Positions 1 to 9,227 of a DNA stretch of 64,000 nt are shown in pieces. The translations under genes were made by a program, and so were the position numbers. Within the stretch, counting starts at the first letter, position 1. The number at the start of each line of letters is the position of its first letter. The DNA is from Solirubrobacteraceae bacterium (GTDB taxonomy: Bacteria; Actinomycetota; Thermoleophilia; Solirubrobacterales; Solirubrobacteraceae), in NCBI GenBank assembly GCA_036502205.1, contig DASXZA010000018.1:74758-138757 (forward strand). Reading direction: 5' to 3'. The notes under the pieces are model-generated. The model was not told the origin of the DNA and searched no databases. It worked only from the letters and a program-made list of their open reading frames with translations.

Positions 1-1
1 G

Positions 2-544
<543 letters not shown>

Positions 545-546
545 AC

Positions 547-1047
547 ATGCGCGACGCGACCTCGACCGAGCCGCTGACCGTCTCTGAGCGCAACTGGCAC
601 GTGCGCGCGGCAGACCACAGCGATGCACCGGCAATCGCGGCGGCCGTGCACGAGCTGCTGCTGGAGCTCGGCGGCAAGCCAGCCTCGCGGTCCGCGATCG
701 AGGCGGCGGCACGTGCCGTGCTCGGGGATCGTCAGGCGGGAGCGCTGTTCGTGGCAGAGCGCGGTGGCGAACTCGTCGGCGTCCTGGGGGCGAGCTGGCA
801 GAGCGCGCTGCACATACCGGGCCGCTACGGACTGATCCAGGAGCTGTGGGTGCATCCATCGTGGCGCGGACGCGCGATCGGCGGGGATCTCCTGGAGGCC
901 ATCTTCGCGCTCGCGCGCGAGCTGCGGATCGTGCGCGTCGAGGTCGGGCTCCCGCGCGACGGGTTCGTCGGCCTGCGCGCGACCGAGGCGTTCTATCGCG
1001 GCAACGGCTTCGAGCTGCTCGGAGCGCGGATGCGGGCGCTGCTGTGA
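547..1047 (+). CDS. GNAT-family N-acetyltransferase
   Basis: ATG 2 nt after the pabB stop; motif A ELWVHPSWRGRAIG and AFYRGNGF. Confidence 0.85.
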   Translation: MRDATSTEPLTVSERNWHVRAADHSDAPAIAAAVHELLLELGGKPASRSAIEAAARAVLGDRQAGALFVAERGGELVGVLGASWQSALHIPGRYGLIQELWVHPSWRGRAIGGDLLEAIFALARELRIVRVEVGLPRDGFVGLRATEAFYRGNGFELLGARMRALL

Positions 1048-2018
1048 GCGGCGATTCGCGGCTGGTCATGGTCGAACAGCGGCGGTACGAGCGCGGCGGC
1101 GCCGTTCCGTGGATCCTCGACGAAGGCGGGTGCAAGACCCCCGGTCAGGACGACGGCCGGCGACTGGCGGAGGTGCGAGCCGGGCTGCTGCGCCATCCGC
1201 GCGTGACAGCGCAGATGTCGGACACGAGCGCGCAGGAAATCGAGCTGACCGTCAGCCGGCTGCACGAGCCGCGGTACCTGCGAGCGCTGGCGCGGGTGCG
1301 CAATCTGGAACCCGTGCTAATGCACGAGCTGGCGCAGCCGGGTGTGGAACCCGACACGCCGGTCTGCGCGGAGGCGGTCGCGAGCGCGCGAGAGGGCGTC
1401 GGCACGGCGATCGCGGCCGCACAGCGCCTCGCGGGCGGCGCGCGCTTCAGCTACGCGCTCTGCAGACCGCCCGGTCATCACGCGGGACCGGGATGGCTCG
1501 GCGGCTACTGCTATCTCAACAACGCGGTCGCCGCCGCGCAGACACTGCACGAGGCGGGCGCCGGGCGAGTCGCGATCCTCGACATCGACCTGCACTATCC
1601 CAATGGGACCTCGGCGCTGGTCGCGAGCATGGAGCAGACGACGCTGTGCTCGCTGCACGGACAGACCGGCGCGAACCTGCCGTGGCGCAGGGTGCGCGCG
1701 CGAACCGAGCGCGAGCGGATCGTGACGTTCAGGAGCAGTCCGCAGCCGGATGCCTACATCGCGACGCTCGCGACCTCGACGCGAGAGCTCGCGCGCTCGG
1801 CGGACGCGATCGTGCTGTCGCTCGGATATGACACCGTCGCGGGCGACCCACATGGCTCGTGGAGCTTCGATGCTCCGATCTTCACACGTATGGGCCAGTT
1901 GCTCGCGGCAGCGGGACCGCCGGTGTGCGTCGTCCAAGAGGGCGGTTATGCGCTGGAGTCGCTCGCACAGTGCAGCCACGCCTTCGTCACGGGCCTGCTG
2001 GACGGGAGTCCGCAGTGA
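1044..2018 (+). CDS. Histone deacetylase / acetylpolyamine amidohydrolase family Zn-dependent deacylase
   Basis: GTGA overlap with the GNAT gene; RPPGHHA, GGYCYLNNA, DIDLH, SLHG, GYD, QEGGY motifs. Confidence 0.88.
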   Translation: MSGDSRLVMVEQRRYERGGAVPWILDEGGCKTPGQDDGRRLAEVRAGLLRHPRVTAQMSDTSAQEIELTVSRLHEPRYLRALARVRNLEPVLMHELAQPGVEPDTPVCAEAVASAREGVGTAIAAAQRLAGGARFSYALCRPPGHHAGPGWLGGYCYLNNAVAAAQTLHEAGAGRVAILDIDLHYPNGTSALVASMEQTTLCSLHGQTGANLPWRRVRARTERERIVTFRSSPQPDAYIATLATSTRELARSADAIVLSLGYDTVAGDPHGSWSFDAPIFTRMGQLLAAAGPPVCVVQEGGYALESLAQCSHAFVTGLLDGSPQ

Positions 2019-2392
2019 GCGGCCTAGCGCCCTTCCGCAGTCGTCTGGACGAGCTCGACGAGCAGATCACACGCCTGCTGGGCGAGCGGTTTGCGATCTG
2101 CCGCGAGATCGCGCTCTACAAGCGCGCGCACGAGATCCCGATGATGCAACCCCAGCGCGTCGTCGAGGTGCGCGAGCGCTACCTCGCCCGCGGCGCCGAG
2201 GTCGAGCTGCCAGCGGACTTCACGGCCGCGCTGTTCGAGCTGCTGATCAGCGCGACGTGCAAGATGGAGGACAAGCTAATAGAGGCGCCGGCCACGACGG
2301 CGGATGACGAGCTGATGCAGGCGCCGGCCGCGACGGCGGATGACGAACTGATGCAGGCGCCGGCCGCGACGGCGGAGGGCGGCGTGCAATGA
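2015..2392 (+). CDS. papB: Chorismate mutase type II, most like 4-amino-4-deoxychorismate mutase (PapB/CmlD)
   Basis: RSRLDELD...LLGERF AroQ pattern plus YKRxHxIPMMQPxR and TCxxED, recalled as PapB signatures; GTGA overlap. Confidence 0.8.
   Translation: MSGLAPFRSRLDELDEQITRLLGERFAICREIALYKRAHEIPMMQPQRVVEVRERYLARGAEVELPADFTAALFELLISATCKMEDKLIEAPATTADDELMQAPAATADDELMQAPAATAEGGVQ
2283..2376 (+). repeat. 36-nt in-frame tandem repeat (APAATADDELMQ, about 2.6 copies)
   Basis: gcgccggccgcgacggcggatgacgagctgatgcag repeated at the 3' end of the mutase. Confidence 0.9.
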
Positions 2393-3030
2393 CACGCCCG
2401 ACGTTCATCACGCTGGGGCCAAGCGGCACGTGTCACGAGAACGCGCTGCTGCACTACCTGGAGTTCCAGGGGATCACTGCCTTTGACGTCGTGCTCGTCG
2501 AAGACCTCCTCGGAGCGATCGAGCGAGTCCGCGCTGCGCCGGACACGTTCCTAGTGCAGTGCAGCGCGCACACCCAGGTGCATCTCGTGACCGAGCGCTA
2601 TTACCAGGAGGTGTTTGTCGTCGACACCTTCATCTACCCGACGAAGGAGCTCGCGCTGCTGGTGCGGACGGACGTCGAGGAACCGGCGAGCCTCGGAATC
2701 GTCTCGGCGACTCAGGGCTACACGGATCTGTCGCGTTGGCAGACGATTATCGACGAGCCGTCCAAGCCGGTCGTCGCGAGACACCTGCTCGCTCGTCGCT
2801 ACGACGCGGGACTCACGCATCTGCACTACGCCCACGAACATCCCACGGAGCTGCGCATCGAGGAGTGCTACGGCGCGGTCGATACGACGTGGGTCGTCTA
2901 CGGACCGCAGAAGCGCTTCCGCGGCGCGGTCATCGGCCAGCGCGTGCCGTGGCTGTTCAGAGGCGAAGCGGAGCCCGAGCGCTCGCGGATGCGCCCGCGT
3001 CCGCGTCCGGTGCGCAGCGCACGGCGCTGA
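2389..3030 (+). CDS. BacA/AerD-like prephenate decarboxylase (prephenate dehydratase fold, no ACT domain)
   Basis: N-terminal TLGPSGT, YDAGLT and C-terminal TWVVYG resemble BacA (TLGPEGT, YDIALT, SWSLFG); about 200 aa; ATGA overlap with the mutase. Confidence 0.65.
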   Translation: MTRPTFITLGPSGTCHENALLHYLEFQGITAFDVVLVEDLLGAIERVRAAPDTFLVQCSAHTQVHLVTERYYQEVFVVDTFIYPTKELALLVRTDVEEPASLGIVSATQGYTDLSRWQTIIDEPSKPVVARHLLARRYDAGLTHLHYAHEHPTELRIEECYGAVDTTWVVYGPQKRFRGAVIGQRVPWLFRGEAEPERSRMRPRPRPVRSARR

Positions 3031-3077
3031 GTACGCCGGCGAGCAACCCGCCGTCACACACGCGCACGCGCGACCGA

Positions 3078-3172
3078 CGCACACGCATGGGCCGGTCGCA
3101 CACCGATAGGTCGGCGCACACGCATGGGCGGGGCGCCGGGCGCACACGGAGAGGCCGGCGCACACGCATGAG
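3078..3172. repeat. Degenerate tandem repeat, 5 x CGCACAC(GCATG) core
   Basis: Cores at 3078, 3097, 3115, 3141, 3159 between convergent genes. Confidence 0.7.
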
Positions 3173-3208
3173 CGGCCGGCGTACGCGCGCGACGGCCGAC
3201 GAATCACC

Positions 3209-4159
3209 TCAGGGGACGAGCACGATCTTGCGGTGCGAGCCCGCGGCCAGCCGCTCCCAAGCCTCACCGACCTGCTCGAGCGCCAGTGGGTCGGTCTCGA
3301 CGCGAATCGCGCCGCGGGCGGCGCCGTCGGCGAGCTGCCGGTAGGCCTCGCGCTTGACGTCGGGCGGTACGGCGAAGTTGGTGTGCCCCATCAGCACGAG
3401 CATCTTGCCGCGGATCGGGGCGGAGGGCAGCGTGGCCTCGGCGGCGGCGCCGGCGCCGATCTGCACGAGGCGAGCGCCGAAGCTCGCGGCGTGCACGGCG
3501 GCAATCAGCGGCTCGCCGAAGAGCGGGTCGATGACGACGTCGATGCGGCCCTCGGCGGCGTCACTGAGCGCGGCCGGCAGATCCTCGGACTCGTCCAGAC
3601 GCACGGCGGCGTCGGCGCCGAGGTCAAGGCAGCGATCGAGCCCCGCTTGCGAGCGCGCAGCGGCGATGACACGGGCGGCGCCGAGCAGCTTGGCGGCCTG
3701 CACGGCGATCTGCCCGAGCACACCGCTGGCGGCGAGCACGAGCACGTGCTCGCCGGGCTCGAGCTTGGCGCGCCAGGTCAACGCGAGCCACGCGGCGAGT
3801 CCGGAGATGCCGAGCGCGACCGCGACGCCGTCCGGCACCGCGTCGGGCACCGGATAGGTCGAGCTTGGATCGACCAGCGCGCGCTGCGCCATCGACCCAA
3901 AGGGAGCGGTGGGCGCATCGAAGTAGACGCGCGCTCCGTCGAGCGTCCCGACGCCCTCGCGTCCGGCGACCGATGGCAGCGGCGGCTTGCCGGCGTAGAA
4001 GCGCCCAGCGCAGATCGCGACGTCGACGGGGTTCAGGCCGGCGGCGAGCACCTCGACGATTGCCCTCTCCGAGCCGGCGGACGCGTCGCTGCCGATGGTG
4101 GGCTCCTGGAAGTCGTCGGGACGGGGGACTCCGTACTCGTGCAGGACGGCTGCGCGCAT
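3209..4159 (-). CDS. NADPH:quinone oxidoreductase / MDR-family dehydrogenase
   Basis: MRAAVL start, AAGLNPVD, GREGVG, HVLVLAASGVLG, C-terminal KIVLVP. Confidence 0.9.
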   Translation of the reverse strand: MRAAVLHEYGVPRPDDFQEPTIGSDASAGSERAIVEVLAAGLNPVDVAICAGRFYAGKPPLPSVAGREGVGTLDGARVYFDAPTAPFGSMAQRALVDPSSTYPVPDAVPDGVAVALGISGLAAWLALTWRAKLEPGEHVLVLAASGVLGQIAVQAAKLLGAARVIAAARSQAGLDRCLDLGADAAVRLDESEDLPAALSDAAEGRIDVVIDPLFGEPLIAAVHAASFGARLVQIGAGAAAEATLPSAPIRGKMLVLMGHTNFAVPPDVKREAYRQLADGAARGAIRVETDPLALEQVGEAWERLAAGSHRKIVLVP

Positions 4160-4170
4160 CTCTGAGTCAC

Positions 4171-4260
4171 TGTAGTGGCGCTGGAGCGCTGCGTGTAGTG
4201 GCGCGGAGGTGCTGGCGTGTAGTGGCGGGGCGCTGCTCGTAGTGGCGCGGAGGCGCTGCG
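4171..4260. repeat. 4 x GTAGTGGCG-cored 20-24 nt degenerate direct repeat
   Basis: Lies in the divergent intergenic region between the oxidoreductase and the amidotransferase. Confidence 0.75.
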
Positions 4261-4310
4261 CGGATCGGCGTACGCTGGTGCGATGCGTCGATCCCCGCGG
4301 CGAACCTGAG

Positions 4311-5192
4311 ATGTGCCGGCTGTTCGGAATGAGCGCCGGCGAGCAGCGCGCGCGGGCGACCTTCTGGCTGCTCGACGCGCCGGATAGCCTCGCGGCGCAG
4401 AGCCACCGCGAGCCGGACGGCACGGGTCTCGGCTGGTTCGACGAGCACGGCGCGGCGCAGTTGCGCAAGCAGCCGCTCGCGGCCTACGGGGACGCGGACT
4501 TCGCGCACGAGGCGCGCGAGATCTCCTCGAGCACATTCGTGGCGCATGTGCGCTTCGCATCGACGGGCTCGCTGACGTTGCTGAACACGCATCCGTTCGA
4601 GCAGCGGGAGCGACTGTTCGCTCACAACGGCGTGATCGAGGATCTCGACGTGCTCGACGCGCAGCTCGGCGACGCGCGCGAGCTGGTGCGGGGAGAGACG
4701 GACTCGGAGCGACTCTTTGCGCTGATCACACGCGAGATCGAGCGCCACGAAGGGGATGTCGAGACGGGCATCGCGTCGGCGTGCCAGTGGGTAGCGGCGA
4801 ACCTCCCACTGCTGGCGATCAACCTTGTACTCATCACCGAGCGGGACATGTGGGCGCTGCGCTACCCAGAGACACACGAGCTTCACATTCTCGAGCGCGA
4901 TCCGGGATCAACGCTCGAGCACACGAGCAGCCTGGGGACTCGGGTGCGCTCCGAGCACGGCGCAAGCCAGCGCCTCGTGGTGATCGCGAGCGAGCGCATG
5001 GACGACGACCCGCGCTGGCGGCCACTGGCATCCGGGGAGCTCGTGCACGTCGACCGCGAGCTGCGCGTCAGCTCGCGGCGGATCCTCGAGGGTCCGCCGG
5101 CGCGAGCGTTGACACTCGCCGATCTGGGTGCGCGAGCGCGGGCCTCTCAGGCGCGGGCGACGCAGGGCGCAACGGGGACGTCGGCTTCATGA
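4311..5192 (+). CDS. Class II glutamine amidotransferase (YafJ/EgtC-like Ntn hydrolase)
   Basis: MCRLFG N-terminal Cys, DGTG, AHVRFAS, NTHPF, FAHNG, GETDSE. Confidence 0.9.
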   Translation: MCRLFGMSAGEQRARATFWLLDAPDSLAAQSHREPDGTGLGWFDEHGAAQLRKQPLAAYGDADFAHEAREISSSTFVAHVRFASTGSLTLLNTHPFEQRERLFAHNGVIEDLDVLDAQLGDARELVRGETDSERLFALITREIERHEGDVETGIASACQWVAANLPLLAINLVLITERDMWALRYPETHELHILERDPGSTLEHTSSLGTRVRSEHGASQRLVVIASERMDDDPRWRPLASGELVHVDRELRVSSRRILEGPPARALTLADLGARARASQARATQGATGTSAS

Positions 5193-5241
5193 GCAGCCGC
5201 TGACCAGAATTCACCGGTCGAGCGTGCTCCGATGCTCGACC

Positions 5242-5928
5242 TCATAGTCGGTTTGTATCCTCGCCCGCGCTCATCAGCGCGACAGGCACGGAGAGACCGG
5301 CGGAGCGTCGCAGCGTGAGGATCCGCCGCCCTGGCTGCACGGCAGGCCGGATCGAGCCGGCATCCGCTCCGAGTGCTTGTGCGGCGCGGTCGAGGTCGGC
5401 GACGCGCAGCGCCAGCCCCCACATGTGCGCGGGCCGCTCGACGCCGCCGCTTTGCTCAATCGCCCCGTCGGGTTCCTGGACGACCTCGAGGATCTCCTCG
5501 CCGAGCCGGAAGAACGCCTGACGCGGCGCGCCGGCGGGGGTGGGCTGCTCGCGGATCCTACGCAGATCCAGGCCGGCGGCCTGGAGCGCGGCGACGGTGC
5601 GCTCGAGCGCGGGGGTCATGACGACGATGTGATCGATCGCGAGCGCACCATTTGGATGCGCCGGCGCCGGGGCGCGCGGCGGGGAGTCCGAGCGAACCGT
5701 CGGCAGCCCGTCGAGCCCGTCGCTGGCGAGGGCGCGCAGCGCCCAGCGAACGAGTCCGCGCCCGGTGTCGCAGCCGGCGAGCCGCAGCCGCACGCGACCG
5801 AGCTGGCAGCAGTCGTCGACGACGGTGAATCCCAGCGCGCTCCAGCGCTCGGGCTCATCGGCGAGCACGAGCTCGTCGATCGTGACCACGGGCGAGCCGT
5901 CGGGCTCGGAGGGAGCGGTGGCGGGCAT
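5242..5928 (-). CDS. VOC/glyoxalase-like protein
   Basis: HPNGALAIDHIVV, RQAFFRLG, LEVV, RPAVQPGRRI; start uncertain. Confidence 0.75.
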   Translation of the reverse strand: MPATAPSEPDGSPVVTIDELVLADEPERWSALGFTVVDDCCQLGRVRLRLAGCDTGRGLVRWALRALASDGLDGLPTVRSDSPPRAPAPAHPNGALAIDHIVVMTPALERTVAALQAAGLDLRRIREQPTPAGAPRQAFFRLGEEILEVVQEPDGAIEQSGGVERPAHMWGLALRVADLDRAAQALGADAGSIRPAVQPGRRILTLRRSAGLSVPVALMSAGEDTNRL

Positions 5929-6032
5929 CGCGCGCAGCATCGCATCTCGCACTCGGCTGCGCATCGTCTCGCGGCGAGCGGCGCATCGTCTCGCGGCCGG
6001 CGGCGCACGCGATGTGGTTATCTGGCTCCGAG

Positions 6033-6608
6033 ATGACCGAGCGCGCATCCTCCTATGCGGTGCTGTCGAGCCGCTCGCCCTATCAGGGTGCGAAGGTCGC
6101 GGTGCGCGTCGACACGCTCGCGATGCCAGACGACTCGACCGCGGAGCGCGAAGTGGTGGTGGTGGATGACGCGGTGGCGGTGGTCGCGCTGGACGACCGG
6201 CGGCGCGTCTGTCTGCTGCGCCAGTACCGGCACCCGTTTGGCGAGCGCGTGCTCGAGCTCCCGGCGGGCAAGATGGACGTGGCTGGCGAGTCGCCCCTGC
6301 AGACGGCGCGGCGCGAGCTCGAAGAGGAGGCGAAGCTGCGCTGCGAGGATTGGTCGAAGTTGACCTGTTTTCTCAATTCGGCGGGCTGGACGACCGAGCG
6401 CACGCACCTCTTTCTCGCTGAGGGCGTGAGCGCGAGCAACGGGGGCGGGTTCGTCGCCACCGGCGAGGAGGCCGATCTCGAAATCGAGATGGTCCCGCTC
6501 ACGAAGTGCCTGGAGATGATCGACGCGCAGGAGATAGTCGACGCGAAGACGATCACGGGCCTGCTGCTGACAGCTCGCAGGCTCGAGTCGCTCAGGCCTC
6601 CGTCTTGA
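6033..6608 (+). CDS. NUDIX hydrolase (ADP-ribose pyrophosphatase-like)
   Basis: QYRHP, ELPAGKMD...ESPLQTARRELEEE Nudix box, DAKT. Confidence 0.9.
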   Translation: MTERASSYAVLSSRSPYQGAKVAVRVDTLAMPDDSTAEREVVVVDDAVAVVALDDRRRVCLLRQYRHPFGERVLELPAGKMDVAGESPLQTARRELEEEAKLRCEDWSKLTCFLNSAGWTTERTHLFLAEGVSASNGGGFVATGEEADLEIEMVPLTKCLEMIDAQEIVDAKTITGLLLTARRLESLRPPS

Positions 6609-7584
6609 ACAGGTCCTCGAGGCGCTCGAGCGCTTCGGGGGTGCCCATCGCGAGGACGACGTCACCGGGCAACAGCTGGATGTCGGCAGGTGGCTGCGGC
6701 TGGAAGGCCTCGTCGCGGCGCAGCCCCACGATCATCGCGCCACCGCGGATGTCGCCGACGCTCTGGCGCGCTCCGGCGCAGCCGTCGCGGACGACGATCT
6801 CCTCCATGCGGTACTCGGCGTCGACGTCGACGACGCCGCTGAGCTGCGGGTGCAGCGCAAGCTGGGCCATCTGCGTGCCGCTGGCCTTGTAGGGCGAGAT
6901 CACGCGATCGGCGCCGGCGCGCTTGAGCTTCTTCTCGGAGTCCTCGGCGGCGGCGCGCGCGACGATCGCGATGTCGCTGCGCAGCTCGCGCGCGGTGAGC
7001 GTGATGAAGATGTTCTCGGCATCGGAGTCCGCGCAGGCGACGATCGAGCGCGCGCGTCCGATCCCGGCGCGCGCGAGCACGGCGTCGTCGGCGGCGTCAC
7101 CGGTGATGAAGCGCTCACCTAGGCCCTGCGCGCGCTCGCGGTTCTCAGCACGAGCGTCGATGACGACGTACTGCGCGCGCGCGGCGTGCAGGTCACGTGC
7201 GACCTGGCGTCCGACGCGACCGAAGCCGCAGATGATGTGGTGGCCGGAGAGGGAGTCGATCATCTTCTGCGTGCGGCGCGCCGCCAACAGGTCGCCTAGG
7301 TGCCCGGCGACGAAGAACTCGGTCATCGTGGCAAGTGCATAGAAGAGCGTACCGACGCCCAGCACGATCAGTGCGACGTGGATGATCTGCCCAGCGACGG
7401 TGTGCGGCTGGGGAAAGCCACCGACGGTGGCGACTGTGTCGAGCGCCCAGCGGAAGGCATACCACGGACCGACGTGCTCGGCGAGGACCAGGCCGAGAGC
7501 GCCGAGGGCGAGCAGGCCGACCAGTACGGCACCGAGCAGGCCCAGGCGCCGGGCGAAGTCTTTCAGCTGGCTGCTCGGGGGCAC
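6592..7584 (-). CDS. 2-TM ion channel with RCK (TrkA-N/TrkA-C) domain, MthK-like
   Basis: TM-pore-TM, then HHIICGFGRVG, GDA, DAEN, GADRVISP; filter reads TVGG. Confidence 0.88.
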   Translation of the reverse strand: MPPSSQLKDFARRLGLLGAVLVGLLALGALGLVLAEHVGPWYAFRWALDTVATVGGFPQPHTVAGQIIHVALIVLGVGTLFYALATMTEFFVAGHLGDLLAARRTQKMIDSLSGHHIICGFGRVGRQVARDLHAARAQYVVIDARAENRERAQGLGERFITGDAADDAVLARAGIGRARSIVACADSDAENIFITLTARELRSDIAIVARAAAEDSEKKLKRAGADRVISPYKASGTQMAQLALHPQLSGVVDVDAEYRMEEIVVRDGCAGARQSVGDIRGGAMIVGLRRDEAFQPQPPADIQLLPGDVVLAMGTPEALERLEDLFKTEA

Positions 7585-7632
7585 GGCTGAGTTGATACCA
7601 GGCGCTGAAGCAGCACCACGGCGCCGTCGCGT

Positions 7633-8046
7633 CTAGCGGACGTCGCCCTGCTCGAGCTGGGCGGTACATTGCGGACAGCGGCGCGCAGCCAACGGAATCG
7701 CACTTGCGCATTCCGGGCATTCCTTCGTATCGGGGTCCTCCTGCGCGCGGTGGGCCATCAGCCTGTTGATGGGGAGCACTACGAAGAAGAAGACGGCCGC
7801 CGCAATCGAGACAAAGGCGATGAGGTAGTTGATGAAGTCGCCGTAGGCGAAAGTGCTGTTGTTGATCGTGAAGCTCAGCGACGAGAAGTCGTGCTTGCCG
7901 AAGACCAGCGCGATGATCGGCGTGAGCAGGTCGCGGACGAGTGCCGTGACCAGTGCCCCGAATGCCGCACCCATGACCACGGCGACGGCCAGGTCGACAA
8001 CATTTCCACGCAGCAGGAACTTCTTGAAATCGGCAAGTAGCGTCAC
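7633..8046 (-). CDS. mscL: Large-conductance mechanosensitive channel with C-terminal Zn ribbon
   Basis: FKKFLLRGNVVDLAVAVVMGAAF, YGDF; CPEC...CPQC tail. Confidence 0.93.
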   Translation of the reverse strand: MTLLADFKKFLLRGNVVDLAVAVVMGAAFGALVTALVRDLLTPIIALVFGKHDFSSLSFTINNSTFAYGDFINYLIAFVSIAAAVFFFVVLPINRLMAHRAQEDPDTKECPECASAIPLAARRCPQCTAQLEQGDVR

Positions 8047-8203
8047 GGGGCGACCTTTCGCGAGTGGGTCAATTGTTGTGTTCGCGCCGATAACGCGGTT
8101 TCCTGCGAGGCTACGCGCCAAGCCCAACCGCACTCACTGCCAGAATCGGCAGGCCCCTACTCGCTGCCTACGAATCCGGCTCGCGATGCGCGACAAGTGA
8201 GTG

Positions 8204-8462
8204 TCATGGACTATCTCCATACACCTCGATAAAGCCGTCGCCATCACGCCAGACGATTCCGACATCGACTGTCGTCAATAGGTCGCGGAGATCGTCGCGT
8301 GGCTTCGACGGCAGTAGCACCGCTAGCCGCGGCGAAGGCTGGACGAATCGTCCGTAGTCCATGAGTTGTCCAATCGCCATTCGGATCGCTCCGCGCTCCA
8401 CAGAACCCTTTGCCTCGTAGAGCGTGTTTGTGGTTCTGTCTATCAGGTCAGAGAACAGCGGC
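8204..8462 (-). pseudogene. C-terminal fragment of a PD-(D/E)xK restriction-endonuclease-like protein
   Basis: SDL...LYEAK...AIGQLMDY...LAVLLP; no own start or promoter, 5' end abuts GMC coding sequence; lower GC. Confidence 0.6.
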
Positions 8463-9041
8463 GGCGACCGCCGCGCTCGCACGCAGGCCGCCACGCTGGG
8501 TCACCTGGTACATACCGACGCCGTCCTGGTTGGCCCCGTTAAAGTCCTCGTTGCGCGGCAGGCCCGCCTGCACGCCGGCCGCTACGAACGCCTGCGTGAT
8601 GAGGTTGCCCGAGCGCTGCTCGGAGACCGGCAGCGGACCCCCTGCGCCGTGCCAGCGCGAGGTGCCGCGCTCGTTGTCCTCGGACTTCAGGAAGTAGGGG
8701 AGGAGATCCGCCCAGCTCCAGCCCGAGATCCCCCAATCGTCATAGTCGAGGGGATTGCCGCGGATATAGACCATCGCGTTGATCGACGACGAGCCGCCGA
8801 GGACGCGGCCGCGCGGGAGCGGAATGCGGCGTCCGTCGCAGCGAGGCTCGGGCGCAGTGCAGTAGTCCCAGTCGACCTCCGTGCGCGCAAGCTGCAGATA
8901 GCCCAGCGGTACGTGGATGTTCTGGTTGACGTCGGCCGGGCCGGCCTCGAGCAGCAGCACCTCGACGTCGGGATCCTCGGTAAGCCGCGCCGCGAGCACG
9001 CAACCCGCCGACCCGGCACCGACGACCACGTAGTCGTACAC
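8448..9041 (-). pseudogene. Truncated GMC (choline dehydrogenase-like) oxidoreductase
   Basis: YDYVVVGAGSAG, RGRVLGGSSSINAMVYIRG; stops after about 197 aa whereas GMC enzymes are about 500+ aa. Confidence 0.85.
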
Positions 9042-9068
9042 GCGTCGAGTCTCCCAGCCCAGAGCTTC

Positions 9069-9140
9069 GAGCGCAACCCCCGCTGCGAGCGCAATCCCAC
9101 ACCCGGAGTGCAACCTACCCCACACCTGGAGTGCAACCAC
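9069..9140. repeat. 4 x GAGYGCAAYC degenerate direct repeat
   Basis: Cores at 9069, 9087, 9106, 9129 upstream of the GMC gene. Confidence 0.7.
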
Positions 9141-9227
9141 CCGACGCGCGGCGCGCGACACTATGATGCGCGCGTTTCCGACGTGGGCTAAACGCAAGTC
9201 CACGGAGAGCCTCGAAAGGAGGGCGAG

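Noticed and set aside
846-1043. N-terminal extensions given by the ORF track (also 3209-4468, 19014, 26356, 31714-32883, 54408)
   Set aside because: They overlap real upstream genes; family motifs and coupled starts indicate later start codons
4311-5192. Calling the amidotransferase egtC
   Set aside because: Family match only; no egtA, egtB or egtD nearby
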